64,000 bases of DNA from a virus (IMGVR_UViG_3300037455_000402:74951-138950); one strand, 5' to 3'. Positions 1-12,998 are shown, counted from the first letter of the stretch. The notes: generated by a model not told the origin, from the sequence alone. Program-made: numbers and translations.

Positions 1-1432
1 ATTCATAATAATTTCTCTAATAATTATTAAGACGAACATAGGGAACAATAGCTAAATTATGATTTGAATACTTATCAATTAAATATTCTAATTTAGAACT
101 AATTTCTTCCTCAGTGAATGAATCTTCAAAATGGTCAAAATCAATTCTTTTACTGAAATGTTCCATGTTTATTACAACGACTTCCTTATGAGTTTTATCA
201 TAAGCCTTGTGCTATCCTAATAAAGCAAGTGCCGCCCAAAGAAAAGCAACGTTTTCCCAAAGCTCACCAATTTCTTTTAATAAGCCTTTTATCATTTTAT
301 TTAAAGGACTATCTTCATCAAAAAGATAAATACTTATTCCTGCAAGAACCTAACCGATAACCCAAAAGTCTCGGTTTAAATCTTCAATTTCAACCTTGCG
401 TTGATACTGCGGCATAATAAGACGAATCCACTTGTTTTGTCCCTGAGTTCTTGTAAAGCCAAGTTTCTTTTCATCACAAAGTACGCTTAACTTTTTATCA
501 CTACCACGAACTCTACTATAAGTTTCTCCATCAACATTATACCAAGGAACTACCCAAGGATTTTTTACAACCTTGAAAATCTTATAGGTTCCTGTGATGC
601 TATAAGTGCCAGCCTGAGCAGGAATCACATATTCTTCGTTTTCATCATCAAATTCCACACCGCTTCTTACTGAGTTACTAAATTCCTAAGCCTAAGAACT
701 ATTTAACTAAGTTGGATTTGCTTCCAAAGGTCCGAAATATTTATTTGCTTCTTCGCCAAATAAAACATTTTTTCCTTCATAAGAATGATTACCTTTTGTA
801 ACTTTTACATAAGAATAAAATCTTAAATATTCATATACATCATTCGCATCGGCAAAGCTATAGCCAGCATCAGCATCCATAATATCAATCATACGAAGTT
901 CTGCTACTGCTCCATGTGCCGCAATACTTGCACGTAAATGTTCAGTATCAATCATTCCTTCGTCTTCTGGCGGCTCAGTAATTTCAATAAGAAGACCAGA
1001 CCTCTCATAATCTCTAACAGATTCGGGGTCAATTTTCTCTGCAAGAAGCTTCATTAAATTCGCTACTGAATCATTCCAAAAGTCTTGCCATATATCTGTA
1101 TCGTCGGTTATTTTTGTATAATCATTTTTAAAACCATTAAGGTCGACGAGTGCATTTTTAAGAGAGGTATAAAGACCATTCTCCCCATTAAAAAATTCAT
1201 CTTCACCAAATTCTGTATCTTCAAGCATAGACCAGTCAATACGATTTGCTACCTATTGAATTAATGTAGTAGAATTATCTATTTCGTCCTGGGTAATAGG
1301 AGTAATCTAAGGAACTTCTGAACTGTAATTAATTTGAGTTAAAGCCATAAGCTCCTTATATAAATCCTTTCTCTTATCGGGATTAATAGATAAATAATCT
1401 ATCATCAACTGTAAGAAATCACTTTTATTCAT
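1..1432 (-). CDS. Hypothetical (probably virion) protein, paralog A; runs off the left edge; TAG read as Gln
   Basis: ATG at 1432 after a GGGGTG RBS. Track ORFs 707..1228 and 350..658 share one frame and are joined only by TAGs. Shares the core IRLxMPxYxRxVExEDLNRxFWVIGQV...LWEN with 1440..3104. Confidence 0.8.
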
Positions 1433-1439
1433 CTATTAT

Positions 1440-3104
1440 TCACCCCTTTATATTTTGCCATGTCGCTACTTCGCCACCATACCAACCTTGTACAATTTCT
1501 ATCGGAGAAGTTGGGACATTAACTGATGTATCATTAAAGTCACTCTCATTATGAGTATAGATTAAAGACTTAATAGTTGAACGAGTAAGACTTCCAATTG
1601 AAAAAGTTCCTTCGAATACCTTACTTGTTACACCGCCAAGCTATTTACTAACGTCATAGACTTCAGCAGTTATATCTAAAGTCTTAATTTCGCCATTTTC
1701 AAAAGTTAAATTACTCCAAGAAGTAAAGACAGTTCTTAATGCCGCACTATATGGAACATTAATTTCTCCATTTTTATAATCCTTAACAAAATAATATTTA
1801 GTAGAATTTTCTCTCATTCCCCAAGGATTATTAGCAAAAACTCTTGTACCAATTCTCATAGAACCATTATCATTCGGAGTAACTATAAAACGTACAAAAT
1901 GAGTATTATTAAGGAAATAGAATGGAATATAACTTATATAAAAAGTTTCATCAAAAGTATTATCTGATGCCGCACTAAAGTTATGACTCCATCTGTCATA
2001 AAAAATAATGCCCGGATATATTTCACCAGCATATCTATTCTCTTTATAATTACTATATTTAACTTTAGGAATAATAATCAAAGAAGAGTCTCTATATAAG
2101 TCTTTAAGATATTGTAATGAGTTCCAACACTCTGCTAACATAGTGTCTGGTAATTTATCAGAAACGGCTTCTCTCATAGTATAAGGAGTAAAGTCATCAA
2201 ATTTAGTCTGACCAAAATCAAAACTATATCTGTCTGTTCTCAATTCACGAGAAGAAATTGGCACAACTAAAACAATAGGATTTTCTCTTATTTCTTTCTA
2301 TGAGATTAAAACAAATCCAACCCAAAGATATAAAAGATTTTCCCAAAGCTGAGCAATTTCATCTGCCATTCCCTAAAACAAATCTTTAAAAGGATTCTTT
2401 TCCCCAAATAAGAAACCGCAAATACCACTGATAACCTAACCGATAACCCAGAAGTTACGATTTAAGTCTTCAACCTCTACGGTTCTTTCATATTCAGGCA
2501 TGAGAAGGCGGATATATTTTTCTAAGAGTTTATGAGTAAATTGCATCTTAGTTTTATTAGATAAAATTCTTACAATCTTATCATTTCCTCTTACTTCATC
2601 ATAGAGATAGCCGTCTACATTTGCATGAGGTTTAACCCAAGGTCCCGTAGAATTAAATTTGAATCCTGCATCAGCGCCAAGAATATCGCCTATTTTTATA
2701 TTATTGGCAACTTCTTTATTAGCATCATACATATCCTAAAAATACTAAATAAGTTTCTAATAGCTCTCATTCCAATGTGGTTGAGTTCCATCGAAACATT
2801 TATCTAAAAAGCTATCAATTAAATCAGCATTATTGTTTATATATTCAACAACGCTCTATTCATTAATTTCTGCTTCTTTATCGCCACCAGAGGTAAACAT
2901 ATAATCTCTTATACCATATTCTCCATTTGGTAACTTATCTTTTTCATTTTGAAGATAATTGAGAAGACCATCCCAAAAATCGTCCTGTCTATCAGCAAAG
3001 GCTTTTAATGCTTCACCATCAAAATTCTCTGCATTAATTAACCCGCTATTAATAAGCGAATCCATTATCTAATCGAAGGTTGAATAATTATTTATCTCCG
3101 CCAT
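1440..3104 (-). CDS. Hypothetical (probably virion) protein, paralog B, 554 aa; about 9 TAG=Gln
   Basis: ATG at 3104 after GGAG. ORFs 2856..3065, 2436..2732 and 1641..2264 are in one frame separated only by TAG. Ends at TGA 1440-1442. Confidence 0.82.
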
Positions 3105-3414
3105 TCTCTCCACCACCGAAGCGTCCCATAATATCCTTGAATGAATCAAATCCAAACATTGCAATGAAAGCAACAATGAATCCGCCAAAGATACCAAGGA
3201 TAATTGTTGAAGCAATAGCTCCAGATACGAAAGCTCCAGTCATAAATAAGTAAGCAAACATTACGAAGAAAGCAGTAATGATTGTTACAAGTTTAGTAGG
3301 AACGTTCTTAGGAAGCAAATTCTTTGCAACCTGAACAATTACAGAAGTTATAGATGCAAGTATACCTGCTATACCTAAGGCAGAACCACCGACTAAAGTT
3401 GTTAAAAACTCCAT
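3088..3414 (-). CDS. Holin-like membrane protein, 108 aa
   Basis: Two to three hydrophobic segments and a charged C-terminus; directly downstream of the endolysin; no TAG. Confidence 0.75.
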   Translation of the reverse strand: MEFLTTLVGGSALGIAGILASITSVIVQVAKNLLPKNVPTKLVTIITAFFVMFAYLFMTGAFVSGAIASTIILGIFGGFIVAFIAMFGFDSFKDIMGRFGGGENGGDK

Positions 3415-3437
3415 AATCTCACCTCACTTAATAAAAT

Positions 3438-3466
3438 TGCCGCCATCCGCTAAATGAATGGCGGCA
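3438..3466 (-). terminator. Stem-loop between endolysin and holin
   Basis: Inverted repeat TGCCGCCAT-N11-ATGGCGGCA. Confidence 0.5.
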
Positions 3467-3473
3467 TAATAAA

Positions 3474-4580
3474 TTATACCTTTACTATCTTAATCTGAAT
3501 CTTGTCGATTGGCTGTCCGTAAAGACCAGCATAGTCTTCAAGTCCCTTAACCCATGGGAGATAACCAGTTGAATTTACTGTTGAAACTCTATACATTACC
3601 TGGTAGCCAGGAACACCAAGGAGTTCCATCTGAATACCGTCAATAACCCAACCTGGATATCCAGCTACACCGTTAATCCAGTCATTTTTATTTGACTGAG
3701 TAATCCAGCTATACCATCTACCGTTCTTAGTATGAACCTGGTATCTAAGAGTACCTTCACTTGCTCTTGCAGCCAAAGCAGCAATATAAGCATTTTCAAT
3801 ACCAGCGTAACCATTTTCATTTACATCATTGGTATTCTTAATTTCTCCAAGCCATCTACGAGTATAAACACTATAGAAAGTATCAATAGTTTTCTCAGCA
3901 GGCTTAGGAGGTTCAACAGGCTTTACCGGCTCAGGTTTTACAGGCTCTGGAGCAGGTTTAACATCTTCATCTTCTTTCTCGGCATAGTTAACATAGCTCC
4001 AATCCTCATCAACGTTTCCATTGATGCCAGGAATCTTACCTGTCCAAGAATACTACCACATCTCTTTGTGACCAGGATAACCAGTATTGCTAAGCGGTGC
4101 ACCGCCATTTCCAACGTGTGCGAGCCAAATATCGTACTTCTTCTTTACATCTTCTGTAAAGTAAGTCTGGAATGTGTAGTAAGAAGAATAGATACCAACC
4201 TTATATCCTGCCGCCTTAAGAGCTTCACAGAATACTTCTGCAATCTTAGAAACGTTTTCTTTACCAGTTGCAAATACTGAATTTTCTTCAATATCATACC
4301 AAAGAGGATAGTCAAACTTTCTACCTGCAAGAACTTTTATACAAGCATCTGCCTCTCTCTTAGCATCTTCAACTGTCTTAGCATAGTTATACCAATAACC
4401 ACCCATAGGAATCTTATTGGTTTTACAACCACTGTAGTTAGCATCAAACTTAATATCCTTCTGAGAAACTTCGCGACCATAACCGATACGAAGAATTGCA
4501 AAATCAATTGCGCTCTTTGCCTGATACCAGTTTATGCTTCCATTCCACTGGCTGACATCAATACCTTTAAGCTGTGCCAT
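3474..4580 (-). CDS. Endolysin, 368 aa: GH25 muramidase, Pro-rich linker, C-terminal cell-wall-binding region; one TAG=Gln
   Basis: Starts MAQLKGIDVSQW and has PLWYDIE. The TAG at 4053-4055 lies in the conserved W-Q-Y-S motif and joins ORF 4053..4610 in frame to ORF 3474..3776. Confidence 0.93.
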
Positions 4581-4734
4581 AATTTCTCGCCTCCAATTCC
4601 TTGAGAACATCTTCGCCCTCTTCGATTATTGTTGCGACCTCTTCCTCTGTGATATCACACACAGACGCGATTTTAGCATTATCAAAACCATAGAAGTGAG
4701 CCTTCAAGATTTCTCTTCTTGTCTCATCTGTCAT
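4567..4734 (-). CDS. Small HTH-like protein, 55 aa (MTDETRREILKAHFYGFDNAKIASVCDITEEEV...)
   Basis: GAGGTG RBS plus ATG at 4734; overlaps the endolysin start; below the ORF-track size cutoff. Confidence 0.65.
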   Translation of the reverse strand: MTDETRREILKAHFYGFDNAKIASVCDITEEEVATIIEEGEDVLKELEARNYGTA

Positions 4735-4752
4735 TTTTATCACCTCTTAATA

Positions 4753-4783
4753 AAATAGAGAGAAATTGTCTTTCTCTCTATTT
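4753..4783. terminator. 13-bp perfect stem-loop upstream of the lysis unit
   Basis: AAATAGAGAGAAA-TTGTC-TTTCTCTCTATTT. Confidence 0.6.
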
Positions 4784-4812
4784 ATGTAGAATTTTATTAG
4801 ATTTACTTTAAT
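4784..4812 (-). promoter_or_regulatory. Putative late promoter/operator, copy L1 (ATTA-N9-TAAT-N2-AAWTCTACAT)
   Basis: A 17-mer identical to 61651-61667; same spacing as the copy at 20363-20391. Confidence 0.55.
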
Positions 4813-4815
4813 GTT

Positions 4816-5922
4816 TTACTTGCCAAACTTATTATTATACTCTTTAACGATTTTTTCAGCTTTTTTCAAATGAATTGAAAAGCCTTTATCTTGTTCTGCC
4901 GCCTTGCGGTCAGAGTATGAGAATGTAGGCCAATCCCACCAAAATACGCCAGCGAAATAAGGAGAAGGAAGAAATACGTCCATACAAGACTGGAAGAAGT
5001 CTGCCTATTCCTGTTCATTCCACTTAAGGACTTCGGTAAAATCCCAAGGGTGAATTGAAGCTCCTTCAACAGAACGACATCCAATTTCCATAAAGATATA
5101 CTGCTTGTTACGGTCTTTTGCAATTGCATCAAGACGATAACGAACTTCCATCCAATTTTTCTCCATTTCTTTATAGGTTCTCTTTTCGCCGCCTACTGGA
5201 TAGTAAGCAGAAGTACCGATATAATCAAGAACATCAAACCATTCCTAATCATCTTCGTGGTCATGATTTGTATTGTAGATAATCTTGCCCTTATAAACAC
5301 GACGAACTTCATCAATTAAATAAAGCCAATCATATTTGCGATGTTCAGTACCTAACATTTCACATCCAATACAGAACATTTCTACATTAAGTTCCTGAGC
5401 AAGTTCAGCATAGTGAAGTAAAAAGTTTTTATAGCTAATGAACCAAGCTTTCCAGTAAACATCCATATCCTACATATTAAGGTCGGGGAAACCAATGTGC
5501 GCTCTCCACATATGGTCTTTACTTTCAACAATTGGTTTTAAACAGACTTTAACTCCACGCTTGTGAGCAGACTCAATAAATGCCGCAACGTCACGGTCAG
5601 TTGGAGTTGCTAAATGGTCTGCATAAATATTAGTTGAATGATATGTGTCCTGCCAATTTACTACTGGTAAACAAACCCAGTTAATTCCAAGGTCATAAAG
5701 CTGATTTTGTGACTCTATGGCGGCAGGATTACGATATTCTGTTCTATTTGCCATATAGCCGTAGTTATAACCCATTATTTTTTTGCGAGTATCAATTGGA
5801 GGTATGGCGTGAGTACCACTCACAAAGAATGGTACGCCATCTGTATATCCAATTGGTGTCCCTGTTGTTGCTGAGACGGGATAAAATCCGCCGCCGTCTG
5901 AGCCGCCATAAAAGTTATTCAT
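4816..5922 (-). CDS. Glycoside hydrolase family 113 (beta-mannanase-like), 368 aa; 3 TAG=Gln
   Basis: Motifs TPTDRDV...AH.RGVKVCLKP, WRAHIGF, IGCEM (acid/base Glu), SAYYP, FMEIG (nucleophile Glu), GVFWWDW. Joined across TAGs at 5470, 5245 and 5005; TAA at 4816. Confidence 0.88.
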
Positions 5923-5946
5923 ACTCCATTCCTCCTTTTATTTTTA

Positions 5947-6327
5947 TTAAGTTGGTTCGTTATATATAAATTCTGTTAATGAGTGACCATTATAAATGAC
6001 TTCTGTCATTTGATTTCCATTATAATAAAATGGAACACCAGTTGGAGTAGGAGGCTATGGTGATGTTGCCGCAAAACCAGGCATTAATGGGGAGTATATG
6101 ACTCCATTATTTACATTAGGGTCATATCTCCACATTATGTAAGGGCTATCTCCATGAAATGGAGCAACCGATTTTTGCTATAACATTAACCGATGTGATG
6201 GGACTGATGAACTAATTAAAGTATCAACAGTCCACATTATATCAGGACTATCTCCAACAAATGGCTTGCTTGCAGAATTTATAAATTCATTATTTATAAG
6301 CTAATTATCCTAAACTATCCAAGCCAT
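5947..6327 (-). CDS. Hypothetical protein, 126 aa, with two PFxGDSPxIMW repeats; 4 TAG=Gln
   Basis: AAGGTG RBS plus ATG at 6327; open to TAA at 5947 only under code 15. Confidence 0.72.
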
Positions 6328-6338
6328 AGAGCATCACC

Positions 6339-7265
6339 TTATAACTAAATGGGAAATCCTATACTATCAAGATAAGTTACGTCTGTCATCTTATCTTCTG
6401 GTACTCCAGTGACGCCGCCCATTACTCCTGCTACTTTTCCAAGATTTGCAATACATATTCCAGCAAGTCCAGAGCCTGCTGTAGCATAAGCATTTTCACA
6501 ATCAACAACCATATATTTACTATTTTGAAGGAAAAGGTAAGAACCGCTTTCATTATTGAAATCTCCCTATATTAAACAATCATGAGCACTATTGATATAA
6601 AGACTCATATTTTGAGGATTAGGCATATCTAAAATAATTCTATTAAAACAAAACGTATGTGGCGGGTCAATTCCATTTAGATATATTTGTCCGGTAACTG
6701 AAGGATAAACTTTAATATAAATAGCGTTCTTTTTAGTTTCTCCAGCTCTATTACCGAGGAAATAAAAACTACCTTTGGTTCCAATAGAGAAGATACAACT
6801 ATTAAGACTACAACCATTAAAAAGATAAGTACCAACACAATCAATAAGGATATTTTCAAAATTTATTCCAGTAAATTCTGCACGACCACTGGAACCACTA
6901 CAATAAAATAATCCATTTGGTAATGCAGTATTCATATAAATATTTTTAATCTTTGCTCCTCTTCCATTAAAATGACTTTTACAAACTTTAGTGGCACTCC
7001 ATCCTTCTGACTCATAATCATTAGCATCCAAACAAAAACTATTTTCATAATAAGTATTAAGTCCAGAAACAACCGGATTTATAATTACATTACCATCACT
7101 ATCTACATATAATTTTCCTTCAATAATCTCAGTATCTGTTGTGGGAGTTAGCTATTTTGGAAATTCTACATAAGTTGATATAGAAGTATTTATTTTATCA
7201 AAAAAATCTTCCCAAGTATCAACAACATATGGGTCTTGCTATGTTCCACTACCTGTTACTGCCAT
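6339..7265 (-). CDS. Putative tail-associated protein, 308 aa; 4 TAG=Gln
   Basis: GGAGG RBS. N-terminus MAVTGSGTQQDPYVVDTW (GSGTxxDPY motif), C-terminus YLDSIGFPI. Extends ORF 6567..7031 at both ends. Confidence 0.72.
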
Positions 7266-9478
7266 TAGTTTCCACCTCCGTCAACAAAATACATAATACC
7301 CGACTCAGTTGCTTCAGAAGCAGACTAAACAACTTGAATTGGAATTTGAGTTAACAATGCTTTAAGCGCAGTTAATTCCGCAACGGTAAAACTAACTGAA
7401 TTAGTTCCATCATCAAATTGGAACTAAATTTCATTATTAACTGTTGTACCTCTAATAGAAGCTCCATCTCTAAGACGAAGTTCTGACTCGCCATACATTT
7501 CAAAAACGGGAGCATGAGTAGATGTAGCTGGGGCAACTCTTGGAGTATCATTCGTAAATTTATATCTAATATGAACGATATAACTACCATTATTACTTTC
7601 ATTATTTATGGTATATGATATTAAAGTTCTATTATATGTAGTAAGTTCATCTAAGAAATCTTGATATTTAGTAGAAGCTTCAAAATCTGATTTTGACATC
7701 GTTGTACTATTTGTAAAACTATATTCTCCAGTATATTCTCTTGAAATATCCGCCGCCATTGCGAAGTTAGATTCATCATACATCTAAAAGACAGGTTCAG
7801 AATCATTCTATACAAATGTAGTCCAGTCTCTTCCTAAATGTGAATTGCTTGGATGACCGCCATAAATGATATTTTCATTTGCAGGAGTTGTGGTTCTCAT
7901 TATAAATGAGCCACCGTGTAATTCACCATGGAAATTTCCTGATGTTTGAACATAAGCATTATCGCCTTCAATTAAAGCATCTAATGTACTCCATTGACAA
8001 GTTATTTCAGTCATTACATTTGGAGTAAAAGATATAGCACAACTACCCTTTGGCGAGTAATTGATACTTGAAACACCATTTGGACAATAATTAAAAACTG
8101 TATTACTACTGCCGGCTGGTTCAATGTTGTAAGCTGCAACAGCATTTTTGCCGTGACACATATTAAACATTACTATTGCACCGCTATCTGTACCAATTTT
8201 AATATCTTCATAACCATATCCGCTCCAATCAATGGATGTATAAGCACCACTACTTGGAGCTATTTTGGCGGCAAGGTATCCGCTATCACCAATTGATAAA
8301 TGAGTTTTACCCATGATATTCAATGTAGGCTAAAAAAGTTTTGGTACTAAAGTAGAAGGAAGACTACCTGGGCTAACACTGGAATTATAAATAAAATTAC
8401 GATGATTATATAATCTATAAGAAAAACTAATTATACGACCACTTAAAGTAGCACCAAAGTCATGGTCACCTGAATTATAATCATAAATTCCGTTATGGAT
8501 ACCATGCTACGCAGTTATTAAAAGTTTACCAGGACCATCTCCGCTACTACTACTTTCAAGAGCAATCATTGGTCCATATTCGCCGCCATAGGTACCTGTT
8601 GACCTTGTCATTCTAATCATTGCGCCCGGTTCCATATATAAACCGGTTCTTATTTGACCCGAATTAATCTGTTTACCATCAATGTCAGTTAATGCACCAC
8701 CACGAATAACGACGTCAGCATTACCAGCCATTTCAAGACCCGCGCTATCTGCCATTTTAATAATAGAAGCGCCTTCCATTATAACCGTACTTGAATTTGA
8801 CATATGGAAATATGGAAAAATTTCTGCCTCACTTAAACGAGTATAGTTACTACCATAAGGAGAGTAACCTTGATAAGCATAATAAGCAACTTCAGATAGA
8901 CATTTGTCACCAGAGCTATATCTTGGTAAAGCACGAGTATAAGCCATCTAACTATTATGATTCTAATAAGCGTACATTTCAAAAACGCCAGCTCCAAGCA
9001 TTGAGACAATAGGAGAACTTCCTTCTCTCTTTAACATCTATAATAATGGAGAGCCAGTCATAAAGAATTTGGCATTATTCTTGTCGCTGCCCCAATACTT
9101 TTCTGGCACGTTAGATGTACTTCCTATTTCTATAGAAGCCATTGGAGTTTGTAACTTTGCAATAGTTCCAGGATTACCTTCTGTCTATGCATAGAATAAA
9201 GCGGTATTAGCTTTTGCATTGCCCTCTCCGTCTGCAACTACAACCTGATTATCATTACCAGGTATCTCTACTTTACTACCTGCTGCGCCAAGTTTAAATT
9301 TATTTCTACCAAGGTCTTCATCATACTCAACAATTATCGCTTTATGTTCATCGTCAAGCCCTTCCTCCGGTGTGACTTCAATATCGGAGAGGTCATCTAA
9401 GACCGCTCCGACATTTTCACCAGTGGCATTTTCACTATGAAGACCCCAGTAATATCTGTTTCCTTCATTATTTGGCAT
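7265..9478 (-). CDS. Tailspike/receptor-binding-like protein, 737 aa, paralog of 9492..12998
   Basis: ORFs 9185..9478, 8507..8947, 7808..8323 and 7424..7783 are in one frame joined by TAG. Alternating small/hydrophobic beta-helix-like pattern. Function is inferred. Confidence 0.7.
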
Positions 9479-9491
9479 TTAATTCACCACC

Positions 9492-12400
9492 TTAAAGATT
9501 TCCATTTGGAATCATTGCTTTGAGTGCTTCAAGCTATTTGAAACTAAATGATATTTCTTCATTTGTATTTGGATTGCTTAATGTAATACCACTTTCACCA
9601 CTGACTGTTTCTGCTTTAATTCTAATACCATTATATAATCTAAATTCTGAATCATCAGTAATTTCTACAACAGGATTATTAGCATAACTATTTAAATGAG
9701 CATTAGTATCAGAATAATATCTAAATGCTATTGTAATAGAGTCATCAGAATTTAAAATAATATTTTCATACTGGTCAACAATTTGTCCTCGTAAGAAAGT
9801 TTCAAAATCAGCATAGTCAGCGCCTGATTCAAACTATTTAATAAATTCATATTTATCAGTTAAATCATAAGTTTCAGTAGGAGTAAAAGTATAGTTAAGA
9901 TGAGTATATGCTCCTTGACTCCAGCCTTCTCTGAGTAGACAGTTGACAGGTCCATATGCTTGAATAATTGGAGACTAATCCCAAGTTTCAGTACCAACTC
10001 TATCTGCTGTTTGAATTGGACGATACCATTCTTTACCTAAATGTTGTGCTGAACCTTGATATACAGAAGTTGTTTTTATTCTATATCTTGAATGTTCTAA
10101 TGCGTTATAAGTACCTGTTTCCGCATTAGAAAAATCATAAGCTCCTACATTATAAGGTTTAGAAGAACTCTAATTTAAGAAAGTTTTAACATCTACTGGT
10201 AAATCTGCATAAGGAGTATCAGGATAGTTAAGCATATAGTTAGCTGTATTATTTACAGCATTTTTAACTAAATAGCTATCATATTCTGCAATAAAGTTTT
10301 TTACTTTATAATAATAATATCCATATCTATACTGATAATAAGTAATGCTACAATTAGTTCCTGCTGCAACACGGTCGCATTTAAAAGTCTTTCTAAAGAA
10401 TGCTTGTACTTCACTATTATTAAAGAAAGTGCTTACACTGGTTGATACATATGAATCAATATAAACGGTATATTCAGAATAAACCAAATCTTTAACATTT
10501 TTAATTTCAAGTGATTCAATATATTCATATTCATTCACTTCAGACCAAGATGTATAAGCATTTTCTAAAACTGTCTAATAGTTGTGATACGAATTATAGC
10601 TTTCCACTATTTCACGAATTCCTTTTCTAACACCAGCTTTTAAAGAACTACTGGTCATATTAAAAGAGCCAATATATTTATAAATATAATCTTTCTTATC
10701 AGCAACGGAATGAGTTTTTGTAAACGTTATATTATTAATATCTAAATAATATGACCCTAAATAATAACTATATGTTGTAGTGCTACCAGAATAACGTGAT
10801 AATTGAGCATCTGACTTAAGAGTAAGAGTAAAATTATCTCCATATCCAAAAGTATCTCTTATCCAATTTTTAAATTCTTCTGATTGTACTAATGTACTTT
10901 CTGTATAATAAGTATTAGATTTAAAATTAGTAGAAGTGTTCCAGTTAATTATTCTAATATTATTAATTTTTAAAGTTTCAGTATATTTTATTGGAAGTTT
11001 TGTTTTAGAAGTCCCTGTAAAATTATTCCAAGTATAATCATTATTATGAGGGTCATTATCTGGTAAAGCAGTTGCATTTTTTAATTCAGATGCAAATTGA
11101 GTTTCAATATCTGAAATTGACATACTACTCAAATCAGTATCAACAATGATTTCACCCTAAACAGAAATTTCTTTAGTTGTTTCATACATTTTTGGATAAT
11201 GCTCATATTTAGTTCTACTATACTTTTCAGCTACAGGATTGACTTCGCTATTTCTTAAAATTACAGTACCACTCCAAGACTCTAAATGAGTATTGCCGTC
11301 AATCTAAATAAAAGAATCATTACCTTCAAATATTCCTTTAAATCTATCCCATTGACAAATAATCTCACTATGTTTTGGTTCTACTGTTAAACCAAAAGCA
11401 TATATTGGAGCAAATTTAATTGCTGTAACTCCACTTGGTTCAAAATAGACAGAAGTTTCTGAGGATTCATCCGGTCCAAATCGGAAATATGTACTGCTTC
11501 CGTCATTAGGAACAATGTCTCCAATAAGTTTAGAATTTCCACCAATTCCATATTTAATTTGAGTTGTACTACTTCCACCACAAGAAGCTACAATACCAAT
11601 GGTAGAACTACCTGTTGTTGCTAATTGCATACCTAATCTACCTGAATCTGAAGAACAGATATGCATACTAACTGGTCCTTCATAGCCAATCAAAGGATAA
11701 CCTATCTGCTATTTCATTGTATATAAATCGTTAAATTCAGTATTTATACTACAATGAGGATGTCCATAATCAAAAGTTCCAATCTAACTACTTTCAGTAC
11801 AATTCGCTCTTGCGCTATAATCTACCCAAGAACCATTAAAGAAGATATTAGAATCTCCATCATATCCATCGTGGTCGTATTTATTAACAATAGCACCACT
11901 ACCAAAAATCATTTGTCCTTCATCAACAGATATAGAAGCTGGAAATTCTTCAGTACCTTTCATTCTTACGTAAGACCCTGGATGAAGATAAACTTGAGTT
12001 CTATAACCTTCCTATAAGAAAATATTGCCATTAGAATTATGATAGCCCTATGAATACTAACCACCATTAATATGAATATCAGCATTACCAGATAAAATTG
12101 CTGTTGCATTATTTCTCATCTATAATGTTGCTCTTTCATAAATAGAAACTGTTGCCCCATCATGAATTTGAAGTATAGGAGTATTATCATTGTCTCTGCT
12201 TCTAAAAGGGTCAATATATTTTCTAATATATTCTCTATCAGGATGAACCTATCCAAGCCAATAATTAGGTCCTGGATTAGCATACATATCAATTAAACAG
12301 TTACCTCTCATTGAAATAGCAGGAGTACTACGAGGGTCCGCTCCACCAAGCATTTCAATTTTTGCAGTTCCTTTAATTTTAATAGTAGGACTTGTTAAAG

Positions 12401-12998
12401 TTTCTTCAAAATCTTCTCCGCCCCACCATTTTATGCCACTATATACAGTTCCTTTTGTGCCTATTTCAATTTTTGAGTCTCCATAAATTTTGGCTATAGC
12501 AGTATCTGCACTGGCAAATCCATTCTTTAAATAAGTAATTGGATAATTAAGTACTCCCTAAGTTGAAGCAGGTCTTACTGTACCAAAAGCAGTTTCAAAT
12601 GGAGGTCCCTCAATCATTCCAATTCCGAAGTAAGTTGGTGAAGGAGTGACTCCACCGCCTGTCGCAGGAGATACATTATTATCTTCCCAAAATGGCATAC
12701 CATAAAGGTTACATTCGTTTCCTTTTGCCCATTTTGCAGGTTCGACATTTCCAGTTCCAATGAGTAACTAAGAATGTCCTGCATTAATTGGAGGAGTCTG
12801 ACTGCCGCCTTCTCCAAGTTCAAAATGTCCCTTTTGTCCTTCTTCACCTGGAACCCATTTAACAACATCCTAATTTTCTTCAATCTCATTCTCTGCAACA
12901 ATATCACAAAGACTATCTAATACAACTCCGACATTTTCACCAGTTGTATTCTAATCAAGAGATTCCCAATAATAATTTCTTCCTTCTGAATCTGCCAT
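9492..12998 (-). CDS. Tailspike/receptor-binding-like protein, 1168 aa
   Basis: ATG at 12998 (MADSEGRNYYW). ORFs 11304..11693, 10575..11132 and 10170..10538 share its frame. TAA at 9492. Both termini are homologous to 7265..9478. Confidence 0.7.

Noticed and set aside
3732-4280. Antisense and alternate-frame track ORFs (e.g. 3732..4280 +, 19799..20290 -, 21712..22107 -, 28089..28604 -, 61765..63828 alternate frames)
   Set aside because: They overlap well-supported genes, lack RBSs and motifs, and have compositions typical of shadow ORFs.
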